From Myxococcota bacterium (GTDB lineage Bacteria > Myxococcota_A > UBA9160 > UBA6930): DNA of 64,000 bases. The position numbers were made by a program, and so were the translations under genes. Below are positions 38,885 through 47,206 of this stretch, in pieces (the stretch's first letter is position 1; each line of letters begins with the position of its first letter). Below the pieces are notes generated by a model, which made no database searches, was not told where the DNA came from, and worked only from the letters and a program-made list of their open reading frames with translations. The stretch covers positions 896,001 to 960,000 of the forward strand of contig OZ245015.1 in assembly GCA_965223705.1 (NCBI GenBank), in the 5' to 3' direction.

Positions 38885-39881
38885 CTTTTTCGCCGAACAT
38901 CCGGATGTCGGCCAGCACCTGCTGATGCGGTGGGCCGCCGGGTTGTTGCAGGCGTACCATGAGTGAGTCGGGTTGAATGGCTTCCTGCCACATTCGGAGC
39001 TGATCCATGCACTCGTCCGGCGAGCCGACGATCAACCGGTCTTTGGCCGCCACGTCAAACGTCAAGTCGGCCGTGCACGTAACATCCTTCAGGTGCTCGT
39101 CCATGACGTAGGCGCCGCCCTCGTAGTAGTAGTGGTGGGTCACCATCGTCGGCCCGCTCTTCGCTTCGGCATCGGCCCGGGAATCGCCGATGATGCAATC
39201 CCGCATCAGGCAGATATAGGGCTTGCGGCCGGCTTTCTTCGCGAGCTCTCGGTACTCGTCCGCTTCCTGCTTGATGACGGAGAGGGACTGCACCGGGTCG
39301 GCGATCCAGCCGTCGGCCATGCGGGCTGCGCGCGCGATACCGGGCGGGCTCCAGGCGGCGAGCCAGATCGGAGGGCCACCGGCTTGGGCCGGTCGCGGCG
39401 TGACGCGCACGTTCTCGATCGTGTGGTACTTGCTCGGATAGCTGAAAGGCTCGCCGGTCCACGCCTGGCGCATGATCTCGACGCCTTCTTCGCTTCGCCG
39501 CGCGCGCTGTTTTGCGGAGACGCCCACGGCGTCGAAGTCCGGGCCCTGGTAACCGATCCCCGCCCCGACGATCATGCGACCGCCTGTCGCCTGGTCGACC
39601 ACCGCGATGTCTTCGGCCAGGCGAATCGGGTGATAGAGCGGCTGCAACAACACGCAAGTACCGACCTTGAGGGTCTGCGTGCGAGCGCCGACCAGGCCGG
39701 CCAAAAGCACCGGGTTCGGCAGGTAGCCATCCTCTTGTTGGTGGTGCTCGGTAAAGAAAAAGCCCTCGAAGCCCACCTGCTCGCACAACTCGGCTTGCTC
39801 GAAGATCTCTTGAATCACACGGCCGATGTTGTCGCCGTTCGGCGGATCTTGTGTGCACGGGAAGTAGTTGACGGGCAGCAT
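38868..39881 (-). CDS. LLM class flavin-dependent oxidoreductase
   Basis: TEHHQ, HPIRLAED and VTPRP; QDPPNG N-terminus shared with 16661-17695. Confidence 0.9.
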   Translation of the reverse strand: MLPVNYFPCTQDPPNGDNIGRVIQEIFEQAELCEQVGFEGFFFTEHHQQEDGYLPNPVLLAGLVGARTQTLKVGTCVLLQPLYHPIRLAEDIAVVDQATGGRMIVGAGIGYQGPDFDAVGVSAKQRARRSEEGVEIMRQAWTGEPFSYPSKYHTIENVRVTPRPAQAGGPPIWLAAWSPPGIARAARMADGWIADPVQSLSVIKQEADEYRELAKKAGRKPYICLMRDCIIGDSRADAEAKSGPTMVTHHYYYEGGAYVMDEHLKDVTCTADLTFDVAAKDRLIVGSPDECMDQLRMWQEAIQPDSLMVRLQQPGGPPHQQVLADIRMFGEKVIPNL

Positions 39882-39957
39882 GGGATTCTCCTCCTTGGAA
39901 AGAGCGAGCGCTTAGCTTATACCGGAGGTGCCGCTTTAGCCCGAGAAAGGACCCGCT

Positions 39958-40554
39958 ATGGACGTGATCGAAGCGATGGAGACCTGCATCGCCATGCGAT
40001 ATTTGAAGCGAGACCCGGTTCCCGAGGCCGACCTCGAGCGCCTGGTCTACGCCGCCACTCGGGCTTCGAGCCCCGGGAACAGCCAGGGGTGGGAGTTCGT
40101 CATTCTCACCGACCCCGCCAAGAAGAAAGCGATCGGGCCGATCGTCTCCGAAGGCATCGGCCCGCTCGTCGCCGGTGCCGCCGAATTAGGCGACACCATC
40201 GAGGGCCGCATGTATCGCGGAGCGGCTCACTTGGCAAACAACTTCGAAAACGTCCCGGCCTGGATCATCGGCTGCGCGCGAAAGATCTATCCGCCCGACG
40301 ATCCCTCCGAGGCTTTCATGTACTCGACGATCTACCCCGCCGCGCAGAACCTCATCGTCGCGGCTCGTTCGATGGGCCTCGGCACTACGTTCACGACGTT
40401 CCAGATGGTCGCCGAGGACGCGTTCCGAAAGGAGCTCAACATCCCGGACGACGTGTTCCTGTGCTTTAGCGCCGCGGTGGGCTACCCGGAACGTCCGTTC
40501 GCCCCCGTCCGGAGAAAACCGGTGTCGGAGGTGCTGCACTGGAATGGCTTCTGA
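39958..40554 (+). CDS. Nitroreductase family protein
   Basis: ASSPGNSQGWEF, AQNLIVAARSMGLGT and VGYP motifs. Confidence 0.9.
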   Translation: MDVIEAMETCIAMRYLKRDPVPEADLERLVYAATRASSPGNSQGWEFVILTDPAKKKAIGPIVSEGIGPLVAGAAELGDTIEGRMYRGAAHLANNFENVPAWIIGCARKIYPPDDPSEAFMYSTIYPAAQNLIVAARSMGLGTTFTTFQMVAEDAFRKELNIPDDVFLCFSAAVGYPERPFAPVRRKPVSEVLHWNGF

Positions 40555-40639
40555 GCGGAGGTGATCCCAGCGGCCGCGTGACGCGACTCCTCCTCAAGCC
40601 CGCGATGAAGAATGAACAGCGGGTACGAGGAGCGCAACG

Positions 40640-40966
40640 ATGTCGCGCGCAACGTCCGAGAACCGCCGTCCCATCGACGCTCAGTATGGAGACCTCTCCC
40701 TCCAGTGGTCGGAACTCGATTCCGGTGTTCATCTCACCCTCGAAGGGCGCGCCGGGGTTGAAGAAGCGACAGCCGTCGAGTTCGCGATGACCGTTGCCGC
40801 GGCGCGGCGCCCGAAGCGACTCGTGATCGACGCCGACGGGCTCGTCTCCCTCTGTGCACTCGCAGCGGGCCACTTGAACCGCGGCCGCCGCTCGCTCGAG
40901 CGAGCCGGCACCGAGACGCGAATCGTGGCCGATCGCGAAGGGGTCGGCAGCTACCTCGCCGTCTGA
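40640..40966 (+). CDS. STAS-like (anti-sigma antagonist-like) protein, degenerate
   Basis: About 108 aa; LTLEGR...LVIDADGLVSL pattern; the canonical DSSG phospho-site is absent. Confidence 0.5.
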   Translation: MSRATSENRRPIDAQYGDLSLQWSELDSGVHLTLEGRAGVEEATAVEFAMTVAAARRPKRLVIDADGLVSLCALAAGHLNRGRRSLERAGTETRIVADREGVGSYLAV

Positions 40967-40973
40967 GCGCCGC

Positions 40974-41684
40974 TCAGTCCGCGGTGCGCACCGGGCACGG
41001 CGCGGGTTCGTCGCAGAGGTCTGTGAGTTGGTGCTCGAGCACCCGGACCCACCGCTCGAGGCTGTCCGGGTCGAATTTGCCCGACGTTTCGCGATCGAAC
41101 GTGTTGTGGCGCTCCTGCGCGTGTTGCAGTGTGAGTTCGTACGCGCGCACCACGAGCTCCGGACCCGAATGCCGGGCCGCTAGTTTCGCGATGGTCCGCG
41201 AGAGCTGGCGCGACGCGACTTCCATAATCGCAAAGTGAATTTGTTCGTGTTGGAGGACGTACCAGTCGGGCTGCTTCACCGGTACGACGGCGGGCAGACC
41301 GGAGAGTACGCTCGCTAGGGCGACGGCTTTGCCGACCGGTCCCCCCACGCGGTTCCAAAAAGAACACTCACGCCGCAGGGTCGCGCGGAACGTCCCGGGC
41401 TCGTCGCGCGGCACGATCATCGTGCACACTTCGGCAGCGTGGGCGAAGTTGCCCCACAGGCTGTGCGACGTCTTGGCTTTGAAATCTTCCTTCGTGAGGA
41501 GGCGATACGGCACGGTTCCGCTGCGCCATTCCGGCGGGATCGGGAACTCAGGCATCTGGATGGTGGGTGCCGCTGCAGGCATCTGGATGGTGGGTGCCGC
41601 CGGCGCCTCTTCCTCGGTGGCTGAAACGACGGTGACGGTGAGAAGGAGTACGGCGGCGATCGAAGCGAAGGTGCGGAGCATCAT
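40974..41684 (-). CDS. Exported putative Zn-metalloprotease (DUF922-like)
   Basis: Signal peptide, LQHEQIHF HExxH motif, FDRET. Confidence 0.65.
   Translation of the reverse strand: MMLRTFASIAAVLLLTVTVVSATEEEAPAAPTIQMPAAAPTIQMPEFPIPPEWRSGTVPYRLLTKEDFKAKTSHSLWGNFAHAAEVCTMIVPRDEPGTFRATLRRECSFWNRVGGPVGKAVALASVLSGLPAVVPVKQPDWYVLQHEQIHFAIMEVASRQLSRTIAKLAARHSGPELVVRAYELTLQHAQERHNTFDRETSGKFDPDSLERWVRVLEHQLTDLCDEPAPCPVRTAD
41551..41600. repeat. In-frame tandem duplication (23-bp identity, 27-bp period)
   Basis: GGCATCTGGATGGTGGGTGCCGC at 41551 and 41578, encoding AAPTIQMP twice. Confidence 0.9.
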
Positions 41685-41804
41685 GGTGCGACCTCGAAAC
41701 ACCCCCTTCGCACCTACAAAATATCACATCGAGGGGTATCGCTTCGTGTGCGAATCTTGGGGAATGGTTCCGCTGCCGCAAAAGTTGCATCACTCAGGCG
41801 TCGC

Positions 41805-43040
41805 ATGAAATACGCCCGCCGCGGCCGGAAGATCGTGATCGCGATGGTCGGCTTGCCCGCCCGGGGCAAGACCTTCACGGCGCGAAAGCTCGTGGGCTAC
41901 TTGAGCTGGCTCGGTTACCCGACCCGATCCTTCAACGTCGGAGAAGCTCGGCGAACGAAGCTCGGACCGGGCCAATCTTCGGACTTCTTCGACCCGCAAA
42001 ACGTCGCCGGCGAGGTGCAACGGCGGGCGCTGGCCGAATCCGTTCTCGCCGACGCGTTCGACTGGTTGCGTTCGGAGGGACGCATCGCGATCTACGACGC
42101 GACCAACAGTACGCGCGAGCGGCGTGACTGGATCGCAGGGCGCTGTCGAGAAGAAGATCGCGACCTGCTCTTTGTCGAGATCTCCACGAAAGAAGAGCTC
42201 GTCGAAGACACGATCCGCGAGACGAAGATCACGTCTCCCGACTACGAGGGGCGGACCGAAGAGGAGGCCCTGGCGGATTTCCGGGAGCGCATCGCGCACT
42301 ACGAGGGCGCGTACGAACCGCTCGAGCCGGACGAAGGCGCGTGGGTGCGACTCGTCGATCGCGGGCGACAGATTGTCATCAACCGGGTGCACGGATGGAT
42401 CTTCGGAAGAATCTTGTCGTTCCTCGGGAACTTCCAAGTCGCGGCGCGCCCGGTTTGGTTGACGCGTCACGGCGAGAGTCAATTCAACCGCGAAGATCGC
42501 GTCGGTGGCGATTCCGAGCTTTCTCCGCGCGGCCAAGCGTACGCGACGGAGCTTGCCCGCCACGTGCGCAGAGCGTTTCGACCCGACGACGACTTGGACG
42601 TCTGGACCAGCACGCTCGCCCGCACGGTGCAGACCGCGGAGCCGCTCGAGGCGGATATCGGAAGGTGGCGCGCACTCGACGAGATCAACGCCGGGGTTTG
42701 CGATGGGCTGACCTACGCGGAAATTGACGAGCGCTACCCGGACGTCGCGTCGGGACGAAGCCGCGACAAGTTCGAGTTTCGCTACCCGGGTGGCGAGAGC
42801 TATGCCGACGTCGTGAGCCGTGTCGATCGCGTCATCATCGAGCTCGAGCGCTACCAGACGCCCGTCCTCGTCATTGCGCACCGTGCGGTTCTGCGGGCGC
42901 TCTACGCGTACTTCATGCAGCTCTCGCCTCGGGAGGCGCCGCACATCGATATGCCGCTCCATACCGTCATCAAGCTGACGCCGACGGCGTACGGTTGTCT
43001 GGAGGAGCGCGTCGAGCTCCCTCCGAAGATCGAGCGCTAG
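41805..43040 (+). CDS. Bifunctional 6-phosphofructo-2-kinase/fructose-2,6-bisphosphatase (PFKFB type)
   Basis: MVGLPARGKT, FNVGEARR, DATNSTRERR, SPDY, RHGES, LDEINAGVCDGLTY, RYPGGESY and PLHTVIKLTP. Confidence 0.93.
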   Translation: MKYARRGRKIVIAMVGLPARGKTFTARKLVGYLSWLGYPTRSFNVGEARRTKLGPGQSSDFFDPQNVAGEVQRRALAESVLADAFDWLRSEGRIAIYDATNSTRERRDWIAGRCREEDRDLLFVEISTKEELVEDTIRETKITSPDYEGRTEEEALADFRERIAHYEGAYEPLEPDEGAWVRLVDRGRQIVINRVHGWIFGRILSFLGNFQVAARPVWLTRHGESQFNREDRVGGDSELSPRGQAYATELARHVRRAFRPDDDLDVWTSTLARTVQTAEPLEADIGRWRALDEINAGVCDGLTYAEIDERYPDVASGRSRDKFEFRYPGGESYADVVSRVDRVIIELERYQTPVLVIAHRAVLRALYAYFMQLSPREAPHIDMPLHTVIKLTPTAYGCLEERVELPPKIER

Positions 43041-43043
43041 CGC

Positions 43044-44027
43044 GTGCGCGCCTTGCTCTCCGGAGCGCATCGGTGGCGCGTCCGACAGACTGCGCCTCTC
43101 CGGGTCCTGTGGTCCAAGGGCGTGGCGCGGTTCTGCGACGTTGCGGGGGGCGAGGGTTATTGGGCGCAACCGACCGAGGCTGTCGCGTCGCCCGAGTACG
43201 TGGAGCGACACTTCGCCGACGCCGAAGGGCTGGTCTGGTTGCGCCTCGGAACCCAGTCGCGAACCGGTCGCCCCTGCGATGTCGATCGTTTCGTCGCGCG
43301 AGTGCTGCCGAACATCGAGCACCCCTTCGCTCTGTTGACGACCGACGGCGATACCTCCGTGCCCGGCGACCTGCCGCCTCGGACCGTCGAGGCGCTGCTA
43401 GAGAACCCGCGAATGATCGCTTGGCGCACGCAAAACTACGACGGCTATCGCCATCCGAAGCTCGGTCCGTTCCCGATCGGCCTCGATCTGCACACGTTTC
43501 GAGGTTGGCGCGGGCCCTCGGGTTGGGTGCGGGCGCTCAATCGGATCTGCGCCGCACGGACGCCGCTCGAGCATGCTCCGCCGCGAGTCTTCTGCGATTT
43601 CAAGGCCACCTGGCGCTCGTCCGAGCGCGCGCGGGTCATCGATGTGCTCGACGGTTGCTCGCACGTCGATTTCCAGACCGAGCGTCTCGGGCAAATTGCG
43701 ATCTGGCGACGCTACGCCGCCTATCCGTTTGTCGTGAGCACCCACGGCAACGGACTCGATTGTCACCGCACGTGGGAGACGCTCTACCTCGGGTCGATCG
43801 TGATTACGAAGACCTCGAGTCTCGATCCGCTCTTCGAGGGGCTACCGGTCGCCGTAGTCGAGCGATGGGAGGAGGTTCGCGATCCGGCGAATCTCGCCCG
43901 CTGGAAGCGAGAGCTCGCTCCGCTCGCCGAGGCCGCGCGTGTCCGCGAACGGCTCGATCCGGCGCGTTTGGTGGGCGAGTTGCGCGCGCTTCTGGGACCT
44001 TCCGGGGATTCCCAACCTCACCTGTGA
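43044..44027 (+). CDS. Exostosin/GT47-like glycosyltransferase-related protein
   Basis: PIGLD and FVVSTHGNGLDCHRTWETLYLGSIVI...LPV motifs. Confidence 0.6.
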   Translation: MRALLSGAHRWRVRQTAPLRVLWSKGVARFCDVAGGEGYWAQPTEAVASPEYVERHFADAEGLVWLRLGTQSRTGRPCDVDRFVARVLPNIEHPFALLTTDGDTSVPGDLPPRTVEALLENPRMIAWRTQNYDGYRHPKLGPFPIGLDLHTFRGWRGPSGWVRALNRICAARTPLEHAPPRVFCDFKATWRSSERARVIDVLDGCSHVDFQTERLGQIAIWRRYAAYPFVVSTHGNGLDCHRTWETLYLGSIVITKTSSLDPLFEGLPVAVVERWEEVRDPANLARWKRELAPLAEAARVRERLDPARLVGELRALLGPSGDSQPHL

Positions 44028-44136
44028 GGGTAACCCTCCGTTTGCGGCGACGTTCCACAGGTGTCGCGTTCCACGCTTCCAATGCTGGGCTGCGAAACGT
44101 TACGATCTCGGTCGGGTCCGAACCCGTGGAGGACGA

Positions 44137-44502
44137 ATGGCGGTGACCGATTCCTCGCAAACCTTGCCCACGGGATTCCAGCACTTAGAGTGCTGGGTCG
44201 CCGACTGGGTTCTTCCGGACACCCAAGCGCGAAGCGACCATCGACTCGCGAGTTCAATGGAAGCGATCCAAAGCTTCTACGACGCGATGCTTCCCGAGGC
44301 GCCGCGCATCTTGGAACTGCTCGCGAAAAGCAAACTCGGTGAACTCGATAGGCCCGAGGAGCGTCTGCTCGCCTTGATGCTCTCGTTCGCCGAAGTGACG
44401 CCTGCGGTCGAGTTCTACAAGCAGCCCGCGGTCGTCGACGGTTTCTCTTCGGACAAGTTTCTAGCGAATGAAATTCTCTCCGATCTAAACCCGCAGTCAT
44501 AG
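44137..44502 (+). CDS. Small conserved protein upstream of the Rieske oxygenase
   Basis: RBS GGAGG; SSMEAIQSFYDAM and AEVTPAVEFY. Confidence 0.7.
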   Translation: MAVTDSSQTLPTGFQHLECWVADWVLPDTQARSDHRLASSMEAIQSFYDAMLPEAPRILELLAKSKLGELDRPEERLLALMLSFAEVTPAVEFYKQPAVVDGFSSDKFLANEILSDLNPQS

Positions 44503-44520
44503 CGGACAAGGAGGCTTCCA

Positions 44521-45768
44521 ATGGCTTTTGCGAGCGAAGGGCGATTGACCTCGGCTTTCCCGAACCTAGGCACGGATCCGGTGCCTACCGATATTTACTG
44601 GAAGCCCGAGTGGTACGAGAAAGAGCTCGAAGCGATTTTCTCGCGAACCTGGCTCGCCGTGGCGAGTGGTCACGAAATCCCGTGCCCGGGCGACTTCGTC
44701 GTGAAACACATCCCGACGTTCGGCTACAAGGTCATCATCGTGCGCGGGCGCGATGGCAAAGCCCGGGCTTTTCACAACGTCTGCAGCCACCGGGGAAGCC
44801 ACGTCGAGCTTCGCGAACGAGGCAACTGCAAGGTCTTTTCGTGTCCATTCCACGGCTGGGCTTTCGATCACGAGGGCAAACTCGTCAGCGTGCCCGCCGG
44901 AAAGGATTTTTTCGATCTCGATCGACATGAGAAGGGGCTGGCGCAGATCCACGCCGACGAGTGGGCGCACCACATCTTTATCAACTTTGCCGATGAACCC
45001 GAGGAAAGTCTCGAAACCTATCTTGGAGAATTCGGCCGCGATCTCGTCGACTGGCCCGGCTGGGAACGCTGCAGCGTTTCGTGGGAGTTCAAAGCCGAAG
45101 TCGAGGTCAATTGGAAAGTGCTCCTCGACGCGTTCAACGAGATCTATCACATCCCGACGATTCACGGACGTTCGATCGCGCCGATGTTCGTGACGGAGGA
45201 CAACCCGACTGGCGAGGTGATCGGTGTGACACGCAAGGGCCCGCACCGAACCCTCTCTCTCTACGGGAATCACGCCTACCAACCCACGCCGGGCCAGGCA
45301 CTGGGCTATGGCGCGGCGCCCGGCCAACCGGTTACGAAAGCGGGCCCCGCCGACGAGAAGGATCGATTGCCGAAGGGTATCAATGAAGGTCGCCACGAAG
45401 CATGGGGTGTCGACGTGCCGACCGTCTTCCCGAACTGGGTGCCCATCGTGACTTCCGACTCTTGGTTTTCGCACCAGATTTGGCCGAAGGCGGTGAACCG
45501 ATCCGAATGGCGCATGCGTATCTACATGCCGCCCGCGGAGAACGCGGCCGAACGCTACGGCCAGGAGTACGCCAGTGTCGAGCTGCGCGATACCGTCATG
45601 GAAGACGCGAACACGTTCGAGCGCGTTCAGGATTCCCTCGACAAAGGGCTGCTTTCGCACTTCGTGTTCCGCGACCACGAAGTGTCCTGCCGGATGCAGT
45701 ACCACATTGTCAAAGAGTGGGTGGAGGCGTACGAAAAACGCCAGGCCGCCGGGGCCGCGCACGTCTAG
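44521..45768 (+). CDS. Rieske aromatic ring-hydroxylating oxygenase alpha subunit
   Basis: CSHRG...CPFHGW Rieske site; EIYHIPTIH and EDA mononuclear iron ligands. Confidence 0.93.
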   Translation: MAFASEGRLTSAFPNLGTDPVPTDIYWKPEWYEKELEAIFSRTWLAVASGHEIPCPGDFVVKHIPTFGYKVIIVRGRDGKARAFHNVCSHRGSHVELRERGNCKVFSCPFHGWAFDHEGKLVSVPAGKDFFDLDRHEKGLAQIHADEWAHHIFINFADEPEESLETYLGEFGRDLVDWPGWERCSVSWEFKAEVEVNWKVLLDAFNEIYHIPTIHGRSIAPMFVTEDNPTGEVIGVTRKGPHRTLSLYGNHAYQPTPGQALGYGAAPGQPVTKAGPADEKDRLPKGINEGRHEAWGVDVPTVFPNWVPIVTSDSWFSHQIWPKAVNRSEWRMRIYMPPAENAAERYGQEYASVELRDTVMEDANTFERVQDSLDKGLLSHFVFRDHEVSCRMQYHIVKEWVEAYEKRQAAGAAHV

Positions 45769-45783
45769 CGCTACACTCGGTCC

Positions 45784-46092
45784 GTGCCGCCCGAACCCGT
45801 TCTCGAAGTCGCCATCCTCGACGTGCGCGGTGGTCCCACCGACGCGTTCGAAGCGGCCTTCGCGGAAGCGCAGCACATCATCGCAGCGACCTCTGGCTAT
45901 CAGCGCCACGAGCTGCGCCGCTGTGTCGAGGCCGAAGACCGGTACCTGCTTCTCGTCTGGTGGGATTCGCTCGAGAGTCACACCGAAGGCTTTCGCGGCT
46001 CCGAAGCGTATGGGCGCTGGCGCGAGCTGCTGCACCATTTTTACGAGCCGTTCCCAACCGTCGAGCACTATGTCGCGGTCAACGGACCGTAG
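45784..46092 (+). CDS. Antibiotic biosynthesis monooxygenase (ABM) family protein
   Basis: YLLLVWWDSLESHTEGFRGS...LLHHFYEPFPTVEHY. Confidence 0.88.
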   Translation: MPPEPVLEVAILDVRGGPTDAFEAAFAEAQHIIAATSGYQRHELRRCVEAEDRYLLLVWWDSLESHTEGFRGSEAYGRWRELLHHFYEPFPTVEHYVAVNGP

Positions 46093-46103
46093 AGAGGAGC
46101 CCG

Positions 46104-46505
46104 ATGTATAAACTCCATAAACCCGTCTCGCAATTAGTCGAAGAAGCGCGACTCGAGATCGCGAACCACTCCGCGGAGGAAGCGAAACGCCGCGTCGATG
46201 AAGAGGGCGCGCTGCTCGTCGATGTTCGAGATATCCGAGAGCTCGACCGCGAGGGGAAGATTCCCGGCGCGTTCCATGCGCCGCGGGGGATGCTCGAGTT
46301 TTGGATCGATCCCGATTCGCCGTATTTCAAAGAAGTGTTCGCCGCCGACCGCGAGTTCATCTTTTTCTGAGCGGGTGGCGGACGGACAAGTTTGTCCGTG
46401 AAGATGCTTCAAGACATGGGAATGCCTCGCGTATCGCACATCGTCACGGGTTTCGGCGGCTGGCGCGAAGCCGGTTTTCCAGTCGAGGGCGGCAAGTCGT
46501 CGTGA
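46104..46505 (+). CDS. Rhodanese-like selenoprotein (Sec at the active-site position)
   Basis: LVDVRD, GKIPGAFHAPRGMLEF, FIFF-UGA(46368-46370)-AGGGRTS...GFGGWREAGFPVE; RBS GAGGAG. Confidence 0.9.
46382..46399 (+). promoter_or_regulatory. Putative bacterial SECIS element
   Basis: Perfect inverted repeat ACGGACAA-GT-TTGTCCGT separated from the in-frame UGA by 11 nt. Confidence 0.75.
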
Positions 46506-46560
46506 GCGGGCGCGCCGAGGGAGTCTTGCACTGCAACTCGTGCGGTAGCAAGATGGCCCC

Positions 46561-47187
46561 ATGCCCACTTTACTCTACATCGAAGCTTCCCCTCGAAAGG
46601 AGCGTTCGCACTCGATTCGAGTCGCCGACGCCTTTCTCGACAAATACGCCGCTGCGAATCCGTCGGACACGATCGATCGGCTCGACTTGTGGTCGGCCGA
46701 CCTCCCGCGCTTTGATGGAGCCGCGCTGGACGCGAAGTACGCGATCATGCACGGGGAATCCCCGACCGAAGAGCAGCAGAGCGCTTGGGGGACGATCGAG
46801 CGCGAGTTCCGCCGCTTTGGCGATGCCGACAAATTCGTTTTCAGCGTCCCGATGTGGAACTTCGGTGTTCCCTACGTTCTGAAGCACTACATCGACGTCA
46901 TCACGCAGCCGGGCATGGCGTGGAGCGTTTCCCCTGACGGAAGCTACCAGGGTCTCGTTCAGGGCAGCGCCGTCGTGATCTACGCCAGCGGCGCCGCCTA
47001 TCACGACGGCAGCGGCTTCGAGGCCTTTGATCTGCAGAAACCCACCGTGGAGAATTGGCTCGCGTTCATCGGTATCACCGAGGTGCAGCGGATCGTGCTC
47101 GCCGGTTCTTTGGGTGATCCCGACGCCACGCGGGCGGCTGAGGCGGCTGCGGTCGCAGAAGCGGAGAAACTCGCGGCGCGCTTCTAG
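46561..47187 (+). CDS. azoR: FMN-dependent NADH-azoreductase
   Basis: EASPRKERSHS and PMWNFGVPYVLKHYID motifs. Confidence 0.88.
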   Translation: MPTLLYIEASPRKERSHSIRVADAFLDKYAAANPSDTIDRLDLWSADLPRFDGAALDAKYAIMHGESPTEEQQSAWGTIEREFRRFGDADKFVFSVPMWNFGVPYVLKHYIDVITQPGMAWSVSPDGSYQGLVQGSAVVIYASGAAYHDGSGFEAFDLQKPTVENWLAFIGITEVQRIVLAGSLGDPDATRAAEAAAVAEAEKLAARF

Positions 47188-47206
47188 AAGCTCGGAGGTC
47201 GCGGAG

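Noticed and set aside
44051..44076. Direct repeat CGTTCCAC twice upstream of the Rieske cluster
   Set aside because: Too short to distinguish from chance without comparative data
46104..46370. Rhodanese (and the Rdx gene at 16442) as nonsense-mutated pseudogenes
   Set aside because: Each TGA falls exactly on the catalytic Cys position, the downstream frame is intact and a hairpin follows, so Sec recoding is the simpler explanation
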